Assembly (NCBI GenBank): GCA_031278635.1
Contig: JAITKA010000139.1
Location: forward strand, 2,517-66,516
DNA length: 64,000 nt
From: Deltaproteobacteria bacterium
Lineage (GTDB): Bacteria; Desulfobacterota; Desulfarculia; Adiutricales; Adiutricaceae
Direction of reading: 5' to 3'
Below the pieces are notes generated by a model. It made no database searches. It was not told the origin of the DNA and saw only the letters and a program-made list of their open reading frames with translations. The translations under genes were made by a program, and so were the position numbers. Each line of letters opens with the position of its first letter. Positions within the stretch are counted from its first letter, which is position 1. Of this stretch, positions 16,597 to 25,344 are shown piece by piece.

Positions 16597-17166
16597 TCAT
16601 CGATAAACGATGGATTCGTAAAGCTCCAGGAGCTTTCGCCTAAGGGCCAAAACGGCCTTATGCTTTCTTGACAATAACGTGTTGACGGGCACCCCCGTCT
16701 GGGCCGAGATTTCCTTGAACGATTGGCCCATGAACTCCGTTTTGATGAATATCTCGCTTTGATCCGGCGGCAGGCCGGCCAAGGCCCGTTCGACTTCCTC
16801 CCAAAATAATTGCTTTAGGTAGGCCTCCTCCGAGGTCTCCGGCTGCCTGAAAAGGAGCGTCGAGATCTCCATGATCTCCGCGCTGGGCTCGGAATCCTCC
16901 CCGTCCACGGATAGCGTCTCCTTCTTTTTCCGGTAGCGATCGATTATCTCGTTTTTGGCCGCCTTGTAGAGCCAGGCCGCCGCCATATCGATGGGACCGC
17001 TCAGGCTGTCGGCCTTGATTAAATTACAGACGATTTCCTGGAAGACGTCGTCCACGTCCGAAAGGGGGACTTTTTTGGCGATAAAAGCCTTTACTTTGGC
17101 CTGGCAAGACTTGATGGCCTCCAGAAGTTTGTTGCCATTATCAGCGCTGACCATTTGGGTTATCAT
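16597..17166 (-). CDS. ECF-type RNA polymerase sigma-70 factor
   Basis: Region 2 'DDVFQEIVCNLIK...AAWLYKAAKNEIIDRYRKKK' and region 4 HTH 'QSFKEISAQTGVPVNTLLSRKHKAVLALRRKL'; ATGA overlap with the upstream gene. Confidence 0.85.
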   Translation of the reverse strand: MITQMVSADNGNKLLEAIKSCQAKVKAFIAKKVPLSDVDDVFQEIVCNLIKADSLSGPIDMAAAWLYKAAKNEIIDRYRKKKETLSVDGEDSEPSAEIMEISTLLFRQPETSEEAYLKQLFWEEVERALAGLPPDQSEIFIKTEFMGQSFKEISAQTGVPVNTLLSRKHKAVLALRRKLLELYESIVYR

Positions 17167-17732
17167 TTTTCTGGACCGGATATATCGCCGGGTTTATCAC
17201 CCCCCTCTCGCTCGCGAGGGCGGTCATGGCCACTTCCATGCTCCCGGTCGTGCGTTGGCCCATTTTCATGCTCCCGGTCGTGCGTTGGCCCATTTTCATG
17301 GTCATGGTGGCGCGTTGACCCATTTTCATGGTCATGGTGGTGACCCTCACCCCCGCTCTCACCTTCGTCCCCAGGCCCGTGACGCCCTCTCCCCCAGCCG
17401 CAGGGCCCCTTTGACCCCGGCCCTCGCCCGGCATTCTCCTCGCCGGCCTTTTTGAGCCACCAGGGGACGGACCGGCCATACAGGAGGCTGGCCCGCTCAT
17501 CGGGCGTAAGCTTGAACCAAGCTTTTTGGAGCTTGTAGTTGACGCTTCTCTCGTAGTACTGGCCGAACAAAATCCTGCACATAAGCAAAAAGCCCAGGGC
17601 CTGGAGGTAGCTCATGCTCTTCAGCCCGGTAACGCTCGGAATGACCGCGTTCCACAAAAGCATGATAATGAGCCCTCCCAAGGCCACTGACAGGGCTACT
17701 TTCAATATGAATAGATGGTGGTGATGTTTCAT
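17163..17732 (-). CDS. membrane protein with His-rich repetitive C-terminal tail
   Basis: 'MKHHHH' then two hydrophobic segments. Tail 'HHHDHENGSTRHHDHENGPTHDREHENGPTHDREHGSGHD'. An 'LTPDE' motif is reminiscent of LTxxQ (CpxP/ZraP/CnrX-like) sensors. Confidence 0.6.
   Translation of the reverse strand: MKHHHHLFILKVALSVALGGLIIMLLWNAVIPSVTGLKSMSYLQALGFLLMCRILFGQYYERSVNYKLQKAWFKLTPDERASLLYGRSVPWWLKKAGEENAGRGPGSKGPCGWGRGRHGPGDEGESGGEGHHHDHENGSTRHHDHENGPTHDREHENGPTHDREHGSGHDRPREREGGDKPGDISGPEK
17237..17345 (-). repeat. 30-bp in-frame tandem repeat (~3.6 copies) encoding the His-rich tail
   Basis: 'catgctcccggtcgtgcgttggcccatttt' at 17237 and 17267; diverged copies at 17297 and 17327. Confidence 0.85.
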
Positions 17733-19503
17733 CTAGGCCTCCTACCGGTCTGTATGGTTAGACGAGCCGGGATCGAATATATTGCCCCCCGTTCGATTAT
17801 CGGTTAATCGCCCTTAGGGGCCAAGGCATCAAGTTTCGGCCCCAAAAAAAGAAACCGTGGCTCATCACGGGAAATTATAATGGATCCCACCGGAACGCGC
17901 GCGGGATTCGTGACGGTTCATTCGACTTTATATACCATCATAACCGAAAGGCGGCGGCGGGGAAAAAACCCTTTCATTATGGGCCTTGGCGGGGCCGGGA
18001 GGGCTCCCCATGACGGTATGACGGTTCGGTCGGCCATATATTCCCCGGCCAAAAATCCGCCGGGGGGCGCGGGAAAAAAATGAACGTTTCGGGGCGATAA
18101 TCCCTAAGGGTCTATTTTGTCCCAGGGCTATGCCGTACATGATACTCCCCTCGCCGGGCCTGTCCAGAGAAACATCGACAAAATTTAAGTTTTTTACACA
18201 CTTGCGGCTTTGGCGTCGCCGGGGTCGGTGGCGGGGTGGACGTGGCCGGGGAAGATAATAACGGCCAAACTTTTAAGTTTTACGGGGAGTTAGTCAAACT
18301 TGGGACCCTAGGGGCCCAAATGGGCCTTTGGATCTAGTCCGGGCCTGGTGGGGCTGGCGGAATTTAGGTTTTGGGTATGGCTTATTTTCACTAATGGTCA
18401 GTAAGGACCAGTCATAGGCATGTTAATTTTAGTTTATCCCCAGAAAGTATCACACTAAAAGCGGGTAACGGTTAATTTGTTGCTTCGTCGCAGAGGTAAA
18501 AATTTTAGCCTTTACTTTTATTCTCCATTGTTCTATAATTTTGTAGGGTTATAAAGGACACTACTTTTATCCCCGGGAGCCGCGACCTTATACTCACCTG
18601 CCATGGATCCTGACTTTTAGGCCAGCACTGACCGCTGGCCTTTAGCGTATTATCTTGGAAAAGCTAGTAAAAAGTATAACGCAATCGGCCCTTTATCGCT
18701 AAAGGGGCAACCTGATTGGCTTCTAAGAGTGCCTAGAAAATCCATCTCAGTAATTTTTAGTTTATTCCAATAATTAAGGTTTTTATTGGAATTTTAACCC
18801 ATTAACTCTTTGTGGAAAAATATTGAGGCGATAATTTTTTAAAAATAATAGATCTTGTTTGCTCAAATAATTTCTCGTGATTCTAGTAAGTTAACAAAAA
18901 TTTTGCATATGCATTATATTGTTGCAAAAAATTTCGCTAAACGTCTGATAATTCAAACAATATCATTGTCGCCACTTCGTTTTTCCTAAACCAATGTATT
19001 TTTTACCAATATTATTAGTATGTTATGGCAACAAAAGACCAAGTTAATAATCTGCCGTAACCGTTTTATTTTGGCTATTACCCTCTAAAATATTTATTAG
19101 AATATTTCCTTAACTAACGAATCGGGGTTTTTTCCTTTACGCCAACGGAAAAAATTAATATTTTTTTCCATGAATCAAGCCTTTTCCCCTTGATTTTTTC
19201 GCCATGGTGCTTATATTATCTTGCGTTGACAGATTCGGTGCCCGCCAAACATAGGGTTTAGCCGAATCAAAATTGACATTACCGGCCTCGCCGGGCCATG
19301 TTAGCTTGACCGGCTTCGCTGGGGCCGGTTAGGCGGGCAAGACCGATGGGCCAAATATGGGGGCCGGCCCGATGGGTTCCGTTAGGCTGGCCGGTATCGA
19401 AAATTGAAATCCGAATCGAAGGCAATCTCACGCTTTTTGGCCTAAGCGGGTACGCTGGCCATAGGCAAAGAACATTATCGGGCCCTGAAAGTCGAGTGTC
19501 AAA
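17733..19503. other. ~1.7 kb gene-free spacer with a ~0.9 kb AT-rich core
   Basis: only two mutually overlapping 67-70 aa ORFs with no recognisable motifs (17880-18140), plus GC-artefact ORFs near 19279-19749; the AT-rich core spans ~18400-19260. Confidence 0.6.
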
Positions 19504-19980
19504 ATGGGCGAGAAACAACCGAAAGAGATTAAGATCATCTGCCAAAACAAGAAAGCCCGCTTTGAGTACGAACTGGGGGACCGCTACGAGGCCGGCCTGG
19601 TGCTCACGGGGACCGAGGTCAAGAGCCTTAGGTTGGGCAAGGCGAACCTGGTCGACTCCTACGCCAAGCTGGAGAACGGCGAGGCCTTTTTGGTGGGGGC
19701 CCACATAAGCCCTTACGTCAATACCGCCTATGGCAACCATGATCCACAAAGAAAGCGGAAGCTCCTTTTAAAGAAAAAAGAGCTTGGCAAGCTTATCGGC
19801 AAGGTCAAGGAAAAAGGCCAGAGCCTGATACCGTTAAAGCTTTATTTCAAGGACGGCCTGGCCAAGGCCGAGTTGGCCCTGGCCAAGGGCAAAAAAACCT
19901 ATGACAAAAGACAGTCAATGAAAGAGGCTGACTCCAAGAGGGAACTTAGCCGCTCATTAAAGGAATTCAACCGCCGATAA
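19504..19980 (+). CDS. smpB: SsrA-binding protein SmpB
   Basis: 'NKKARFEYELGDRYEAGLVLTGTEVKSLR...LVGAHISPY...RKRKLLL' is canonical SmpB. Confidence 0.93.
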   Translation: MGEKQPKEIKIICQNKKARFEYELGDRYEAGLVLTGTEVKSLRLGKANLVDSYAKLENGEAFLVGAHISPYVNTAYGNHDPQRKRKLLLKKKELGKLIGKVKEKGQSLIPLKLYFKDGLAKAELALAKGKKTYDKRQSMKEADSKRELSRSLKEFNRR

Positions 19981-20087
19981 GGTCTTAAGACCCAAAACGG
20001 TTTGAATGTGTGTATATATCTTTCACTAACCTATAAATCGGTTATTTACCATATCAATCTACCTCAAAAAAGCGAGTTAACATAAAT

Positions 20088-20705
20088 ATGAAAAAAACCA
20101 ATACCAGAACACGCCTTTTGGTCTTCGTTGACGAGGCCAACGTGACAAAGGCCGCCTCAAAGAACTTCAATAAAACGTTTGACTGGCTTAAGTTCCGGGA
20201 ATACTTGGAAAACTATGGGACCGAGCCCCGGGACCTCATCGAGATGGTCGTGTACGTCGGCGTCCCCCCGGCCACCAACGACTGGCTGGAGCGCCGCGAG
20301 GCCAAAAGGCACTATATCCACTGGCTCAGGAGCCAGGGTTTTTTGGTCTACGAGAAAAACGGCCAGGCCCGTAACAGCGGCTGGTATAAAGCCAACGTGG
20401 ATGTTATCATGGCCATAGATGCCATGGATCTGAGCCTTCGCATCAAGCCCGACACCGTGGTCCTGGTCACCGGCGACGCCGACTTCGCCCACCTGGCCCT
20501 GACCATCAGGCGCGAGGGCATCCGGGTGGAGGTGGCCTCGGTGCCCCAGACCCTGTCCACCGATCTTAGGAGCTCGGCCAACAGCTTTATCGATTTGACC
20601 ACCCTTTTCGATTCATTCGGGCCCTACACCTATGACGAGAACGTCGTCGCCCCAGACGCCAAAGTGTCCCCGGACGATTTTGGCAACAACGGTTACGAGG
20701 CTTAA
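20088..20705 (+). CDS. NYN/LabA-like (PIN-like) domain protein
   Basis: 'LLVFVDEANV...VDVIMAIDAMDL...VVLVTGDADFAHL...GIRVEV'. Confidence 0.75.
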   Translation: MKKTNTRTRLLVFVDEANVTKAASKNFNKTFDWLKFREYLENYGTEPRDLIEMVVYVGVPPATNDWLERREAKRHYIHWLRSQGFLVYEKNGQARNSGWYKANVDVIMAIDAMDLSLRIKPDTVVLVTGDADFAHLALTIRREGIRVEVASVPQTLSTDLRSSANSFIDLTTLFDSFGPYTYDENVVAPDAKVSPDDFGNNGYEA

Positions 20706-20780
20706 CCGCCACGGGACCCCGGCGGCCAGTCCTCGCCGGGGTCCTTACCCCGCCGGAAGCGGCCGGTGATTGCGTAGCCT

Positions 20781-23240
20781 ATGTTTACCGGGTTTCATCG
20801 CCATCGTGTTTCCCCGTGGCGGAAAGGGTCCAGGCCGGCCGGCCGGGGCTTCTTTCCGCTCGTTTTTTCCTTCCTCTTGGCCCTCGGCCTGGCCGTCATC
20901 GGGCCAACGGCCGCCGGGCGGCTCATGGCGGCGCCCGTCACCTCCAAGTTCGGTCCCTACTACCTGACCCAGCAACGATTCGGGAACGGGCTGTGGCGCT
21001 TCCGGATAAGCGCGGAGGAGCCAAACCCCAACAATCCCTGGGTTTCCACGCCCATGCTGGCCTCGGCCACCCAGTGGGCCGGCCCCCACGAGGGGCCGGA
21101 GTCCAGGCTCTATTTCACCGGCCTCGACGGGCCGACCCCCCAGATTACCATATCGGAAACCCTGGGGGACGGGACCACCTCGGAAGTCTTCAGGATCTCG
21201 CCCTTCGCCCCCGAAAACCAGCTGGCCGGCCTGACCTTCCACGGGGACCGCTATACCCACGTGGTCGGCTTGGGGGCCGATTTTAGGTTTTCGTTCTTCG
21301 ACATAAACCGCCTGGGCAGGGTGGTCATGCCCGGGGGGCCTTTCGGCTCGATCCTCGAGACCAGCTTCGGGACCAGGGCCAGCGGCATCCAATCCCCGGT
21401 CGCCTTCGCCCTGGGGCAGGGCTTCCAAAACGCGGCCATATTCATAAACGAAACCAGGCCCCTGGCCTGGGATTTTTCCTCCAGCCCTTGGTACGTGGGC
21501 CCAACCGGCCCCCTTGGCCCCCATGAGAGCGTCGATTTTTTCGTCATCCTCGGAAAGGACATCCCGGCCCTCCGAAGGATCCTGATGAGCATCCTGGGAC
21601 GCCAGGCACTTCCGCCAAAATCCGTCTTCTCCCCATGGATAATCGCCAAGGACAAGGAACCCTACGAAAACTACAAGGATTTCCTCGCCAACTTCGCCCA
21701 GCACGCCAGCGGCTTTCCCACCCTCACGCTGATGCTTTCCCCCCAGCCCGACCCGCCGCCCCTCGCCGAGGCGGCCGAGCAAAAACTGAACATCCTCCTT
21801 ACCGAATCCCCTTACATCCCCATGGATTCGACCCACTTTTCCGAGATGGCCAGGCGGGGCTTTCTGGTCAGGGGCGGGGGTCCCCAGGCCAACCCCCTTT
21901 TGCTCACCTACCAGGGCAAAAAGTCAGGCCTGATAGATTACTCCCACTCCCCGGCCGCGACCTACTGGAACAACGAGACCAGGACCAACTTGATTTTCAT
22001 GGGGGCCAAGCTTTTTAACCTCGTCGGCGGGGAGCCGGAGATTTATAGCCCCAGCGCCTGGTACCAGGGGACGCCGGGCGAACCGGCCCACTCCCAGTAC
22101 GCCTGGGGCCCCAGGTTCGCCCTCAAATGGATGGAAAGCTTTAACGCCAGCCGGGAGATTTTCCGCTTCGGCGGTTTCGGCTCCAGGCTGTTTTCCGTCT
22201 CCCGGGCCGGCATGGCCGGCATGAGCCGCTTCGGGACCGGTATCCTGACCTTCGAGCCCAACCCGGTCTTCGTCGAGAACGCCGCCCAGGCCAGGGCCAA
22301 CCTCATCCTAAGCGGGGTCGATTATTACTCGACCGATATAACGCAGTTTTTCGCCAACGCCCCGGCCGGGCGGCACGACCCGGTCTACGAGTCCTGGCTG
22401 GCCAACATCGTTTTATTGAACCTGCCGCTGGTCATCCCCAACGAGTTCCTGGGTAACGCCTGGGCCAGGGTAAATCTCGAGATTAAGGCCTCGTTCGAGC
22501 CCTATTACTACTCGCTGGCCCACCACTCCAGCCAGACCGGGGAGCCTTTGATCTCCCCCCTTCTCTACTATTTCCAGGACGACCCCCTGGCCCGCGACAA
22601 CTCCGCCGAGACCATGATCGGCCCCCACCTCATGGTGGCCGCCAAAGTCACCCCCAACATGGAGGTCCTCCAGTTCTACCTCCCCAAGGGCCGCTGGTAC
22701 GACTTCCATAACCGGGAAATGGTCGAAAGGGGCGACGGGGAGCTGGTGTCGCTGCCGGCCAAAAAGCAGGGCCTGCACGTCGCCCCCCTCGTGATCAGGG
22801 AAGGGGCCATCATCCCCATGATCCAGGACCCCGCCGGGCCCAGGCGGCGCAAGGCCCTTTTGGTCTTCCCCGGCCCGGAGGCCTCGACTTTTTCCTGGTA
22901 CGAGGACAACGGCACGGATCTGGCTTACCTGGAAAACCATTTTTCCTCGACCGCGTTTGAGCTCTCGCCCCTGGCCGAGGACGCCCCGATCGAGCTGACC
23001 ATAAAGGCCAAATCGGGCTCCTTCGCCGGCGAGGAGGTAAACCATCGGTTCTGGATCGAGTTCGTGGGCCTTAGAAACGTCGGGACGGCCACCCTGGACG
23101 GGGAGGAATACAAAAGGCCCAACGGCGAGGAACAGCTCCACGCCCTCGACGCCGGCTGGTTTTCCCTGGGCAACGGCCGGCTGGTCTTCAAGACCCCGGC
23201 CCTGAACCCCGCCGTGGATCATAAGATTGTCCTTAAGTGA
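20781..23240 (+). CDS. exported glycoside hydrolase family 31-like protein (divergent)
   Basis: Signal-like 'FPLVFSFLLALGLAVIGPTAAG'. C-terminal half shows GH31-like blocks 'YYYSLAHHSSQTGEPLISPLLYYFQDDP', 'MIGPHLMVAAKV', 'FYLPKGRWYDFHN', 'APLVIREGAIIPM'. Assignment is by remembered motif pattern only. Confidence 0.5.
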   Translation: MFTGFHRHRVSPWRKGSRPAGRGFFPLVFSFLLALGLAVIGPTAAGRLMAAPVTSKFGPYYLTQQRFGNGLWRFRISAEEPNPNNPWVSTPMLASATQWAGPHEGPESRLYFTGLDGPTPQITISETLGDGTTSEVFRISPFAPENQLAGLTFHGDRYTHVVGLGADFRFSFFDINRLGRVVMPGGPFGSILETSFGTRASGIQSPVAFALGQGFQNAAIFINETRPLAWDFSSSPWYVGPTGPLGPHESVDFFVILGKDIPALRRILMSILGRQALPPKSVFSPWIIAKDKEPYENYKDFLANFAQHASGFPTLTLMLSPQPDPPPLAEAAEQKLNILLTESPYIPMDSTHFSEMARRGFLVRGGGPQANPLLLTYQGKKSGLIDYSHSPAATYWNNETRTNLIFMGAKLFNLVGGEPEIYSPSAWYQGTPGEPAHSQYAWGPRFALKWMESFNASREIFRFGGFGSRLFSVSRAGMAGMSRFGTGILTFEPNPVFVENAAQARANLILSGVDYYSTDITQFFANAPAGRHDPVYESWLANIVLLNLPLVIPNEFLGNAWARVNLEIKASFEPYYYSLAHHSSQTGEPLISPLLYYFQDDPLARDNSAETMIGPHLMVAAKVTPNMEVLQFYLPKGRWYDFHNREMVERGDGELVSLPAKKQGLHVAPLVIREGAIIPMIQDPAGPRRRKALLVFPGPEASTFSWYEDNGTDLAYLENHFSSTAFELSPLAEDAPIELTIKAKSGSFAGEEVNHRFWIEFVGLRNVGTATLDGEEYKRPNGEEQLHALDAGWFSLGNGRLVFKTPALNPAVDHKIVLK

Positions 23241-24396
23241 GCCACCTCCGGCCGGCGCCCCCGGCCCGACGGGACCCGCCATCGGTCGCCTCAGGCTAAA
23301 AAACCCCTTTATCCTGGCCCCCATGGCCGGGCTGACCGATTTTTCCTTCAGGAGCCTGTGCCTGGGGCAGGGGGCCGCCATGGCCGTCTCGGAGATGGTC
23401 AGCGCCGTTTCCCTTGCCCACCATGGCCGGAACACGCTTAGGCTCCTTGTGACCGACAAGGCCATCGAGAACCCCTTCTGCGTCCAGCTATTCGGCAAAG
23501 ACCCCGGGAGCCTGGCCAAGGCGACCAAAGTGGCCGTCCTTGAGGCCGGGGCGGACATGGTCGATCTCAACCTGGCCTGCCCGGCCAGAAAGGTCGTCTC
23601 CAGCGGCCACGGCGGGGCGCTCCTGAAGGATCCCGACCTATGCCTCCGGCTGGTCGAGGCCATGGCCACGGCCACCCAGGCCCCCGTCACGGTCAAACTC
23701 AGGCCCGGCTTCCTCAAGGCCGACGGGCCCACCACCCTTCGTCTCGCCCCCAGGCTCGAGGCCGCCGGGGCCGCCGCCATGACCCTCCACGGCCGCTACG
23801 TCTCGGAGGCCTTCGGGGGCCAGGCCGACTGGTCGCTGGTCTCGGCCCTGGCCCAAACGGTCCGCGTCCCGGTCATCGGCTCGGGCGACATAACCGACGC
23901 CCAAACGGCCCTCTCGCGCCTGGCCGGGACAGGCGCCCAGGCGGTGATGATTGGCCGGGCGGCCAGGGGCAGGCCTTTCATCTTCCGGGAATGCCTGGCC
24001 CTTCTTGACCAAAAAGGCCCCCTGCCCCCGCCCTCCCTCCCCGAGAGGCTGGAGGTGGCCATCAAACACGCGAGACTCCTCGAGCGCGAGGTCGGGCCCA
24101 AGGCCTGCTTCCGCCTCCGGACCGTCCTCATGTGGTACACCAAAGATCTCCCCGGGGCCGCGGCCCTCCGGGCGGCCATCTGCCGCGAGGAAAAAATCGA
24201 TCGCCAGCTCGAGCTCCTGACCCACGCCGTCCAGGAAGCCATGGCCCAAACCCCGTCCCCTCCCGACCATTCCCTTACGCCCACCTTGGATCGGCCTAAA
24301 CGGTTCGCCTTCCGGCCTTTGCGATTAACGCCATCTCGTTGTTTACCAAACGTGGATGACTTTAAAAATACTGCCCTAAGGCGTTCAAAAGTTTGA
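23227..24396 (+). CDS. dus: tRNA-dihydrouridine synthase
   Basis: 'LKNPFILAPMAGLTDFSFR' and 'VDLNLACPARKVV'. The only in-frame start upstream of the conserved N-terminus is TTG at 23227 (14-nt overlap with the upstream gene). Confidence 0.85.
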   Translation: MSLSEPPPAGAPGPTGPAIGRLRLKNPFILAPMAGLTDFSFRSLCLGQGAAMAVSEMVSAVSLAHHGRNTLRLLVTDKAIENPFCVQLFGKDPGSLAKATKVAVLEAGADMVDLNLACPARKVVSSGHGGALLKDPDLCLRLVEAMATATQAPVTVKLRPGFLKADGPTTLRLAPRLEAAGAAAMTLHGRYVSEAFGGQADWSLVSALAQTVRVPVIGSGDITDAQTALSRLAGTGAQAVMIGRAARGRPFIFRECLALLDQKGPLPPPSLPERLEVAIKHARLLEREVGPKACFRLRTVLMWYTKDLPGAAALRAAICREEKIDRQLELLTHAVQEAMAQTPSPPDHSLTPTLDRPKRFAFRPLRLTPSRCLPNVDDFKNTALRRSKV

Positions 24397-24696
24397 AAAT
24401 ATAATTGGCCGGGATTCGCCCTACGCGGATAAGACCGCTTATCCGGCCAACATGATAGCCGGCGGCAACAAAACCTGGTTTCCGTCCCGCCCGAGGCCTT
24501 TCGGGAAATACCTGACCGTTTCAACCCTTGGGTCCCTGTTCCCCGGCCAGAAACATCCATGTTGAATATCCGGCCATCGAAAACGGGTTTGAAAGGCCTA
24601 TGGGAAGGCATACGGCCAGGGGTGGTTTTTCGGGCTTGGGGTGAGCCATGGCGAATGCGACGACCGGAAACCGGCCGGGGAGGCCTTGGGCCAAAT

Positions 24697-24730
24697 CCCG
24701 GGCGCCGCGGCGCCCGGGCCCTTATTTTTA
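24697..24730 (+). terminator. intrinsic terminator
   Basis: perfect palindrome cccgggcgcc-gc-ggcgcccggg followed by cccttattttta. Confidence 0.65.
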
Positions 24731-24747
24731 TGCCTTTACGGGTAACG

Positions 24748-24776
24748 TTGACTAGTTACCGAGAGTGGGGTACTAT
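24748..24776 (+). promoter_or_regulatory. candidate sigma70 promoter for the response-regulator/dGTPase operon
   Basis: TTGACT (24748-24753), 17-nt spacer, TACTAT (24771-24776); ~210 nt upstream of the ATG at 24991. Confidence 0.4.
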
Positions 24777-24990
24777 AAAAACACAGCTACGAGCCCCCGC
24801 GCGGCACCGCTGGCATAGGCCGGGATCGGCTTGGGCCGGTCCGGCCGGCCCCGGTGGCCCGGGCGGCGGGGCCCGGGACCGTTGGTTCGGGGACCCGGCC
24901 GACAGGCGTTCGCGGTTTGGGTTCTTTTTGGGGAGTTTTTAAAACCCTATGATTTTTCTAAACAAATTATCCATCTTCGGGAGTTAAAAC

Positions 24991-25341
24991 ATGGCTAAGA
25001 TTTTGGTCGTCGATGACGAAGCCCACATCAGGCTACTATATTCTGAGGAATTGACCGAGGATGGTTACGAAGTCATAACCGCCGAAAACGGTGACGGGCT
25101 GGTTGACCTCATAGAGAAGGAAAAACCGGACGCGGTCACCCTCGACATCAAGATGGTTGACTACAACGGCTTGGATTTATTGCAGGATATCAGGAACAGG
25201 TTCTATGACCTGCCGGTCATACTCTGCTCGGCCTATGACACCTTCAAAGACGACATGAAGTCCATCGCCGCCGACCATTACGTGGTCAAGAGCTTCGATC
25301 TGTCCGAACTAAAGGAAAAGATCAAGGAGGTTCTGGGCTAG
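24991..25341 (+). CDS. single-domain response regulator (CheY-like receiver)
   Basis: 'KILVVDDE...DAVTLDIKMVDYNGLDLL...PVILCSA...VVKSFD' carries the receiver-domain acidic pocket, phospho-Asp and Lys. Confidence 0.9.
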   Translation: MAKILVVDDEAHIRLLYSEELTEDGYEVITAENGDGLVDLIEKEKPDAVTLDIKMVDYNGLDLLQDIRNRFYDLPVILCSAYDTFKDDMKSIAADHYVVKSFDLSELKEKIKEVLG

Positions 25342-25344
25342 GCC

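Noticed and set aside
18400-19260. Chromosomal replication origin (oriC) in the AT-rich core.
   Set aside because: I saw only two imperfect DnaA-box-like 9-mers (TTATCCCCA at ~18442, TTATCCCCG at ~18567). There is no cluster and no dnaA/dnaN/gidA-type neighbours.
19279-19503. tmRNA (ssrA) immediately upstream of smpB, suggested by 'ggggccggttaggc...' at ~19321.
   Set aside because: Only ~185 nt are available before smpB. No tRNA-like 3' end (T-arm GGTTCGAnTCC plus ACCA) and no tag reading frame were found on either strand.
24559-24942. 127-aa ORF between dus and the response regulator.
   Set aside because: It spans a terminator and a promoter, and its product is Gly/Arg/Pro-rich with no motifs. 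The region is better explained as UTR or leader RNA.
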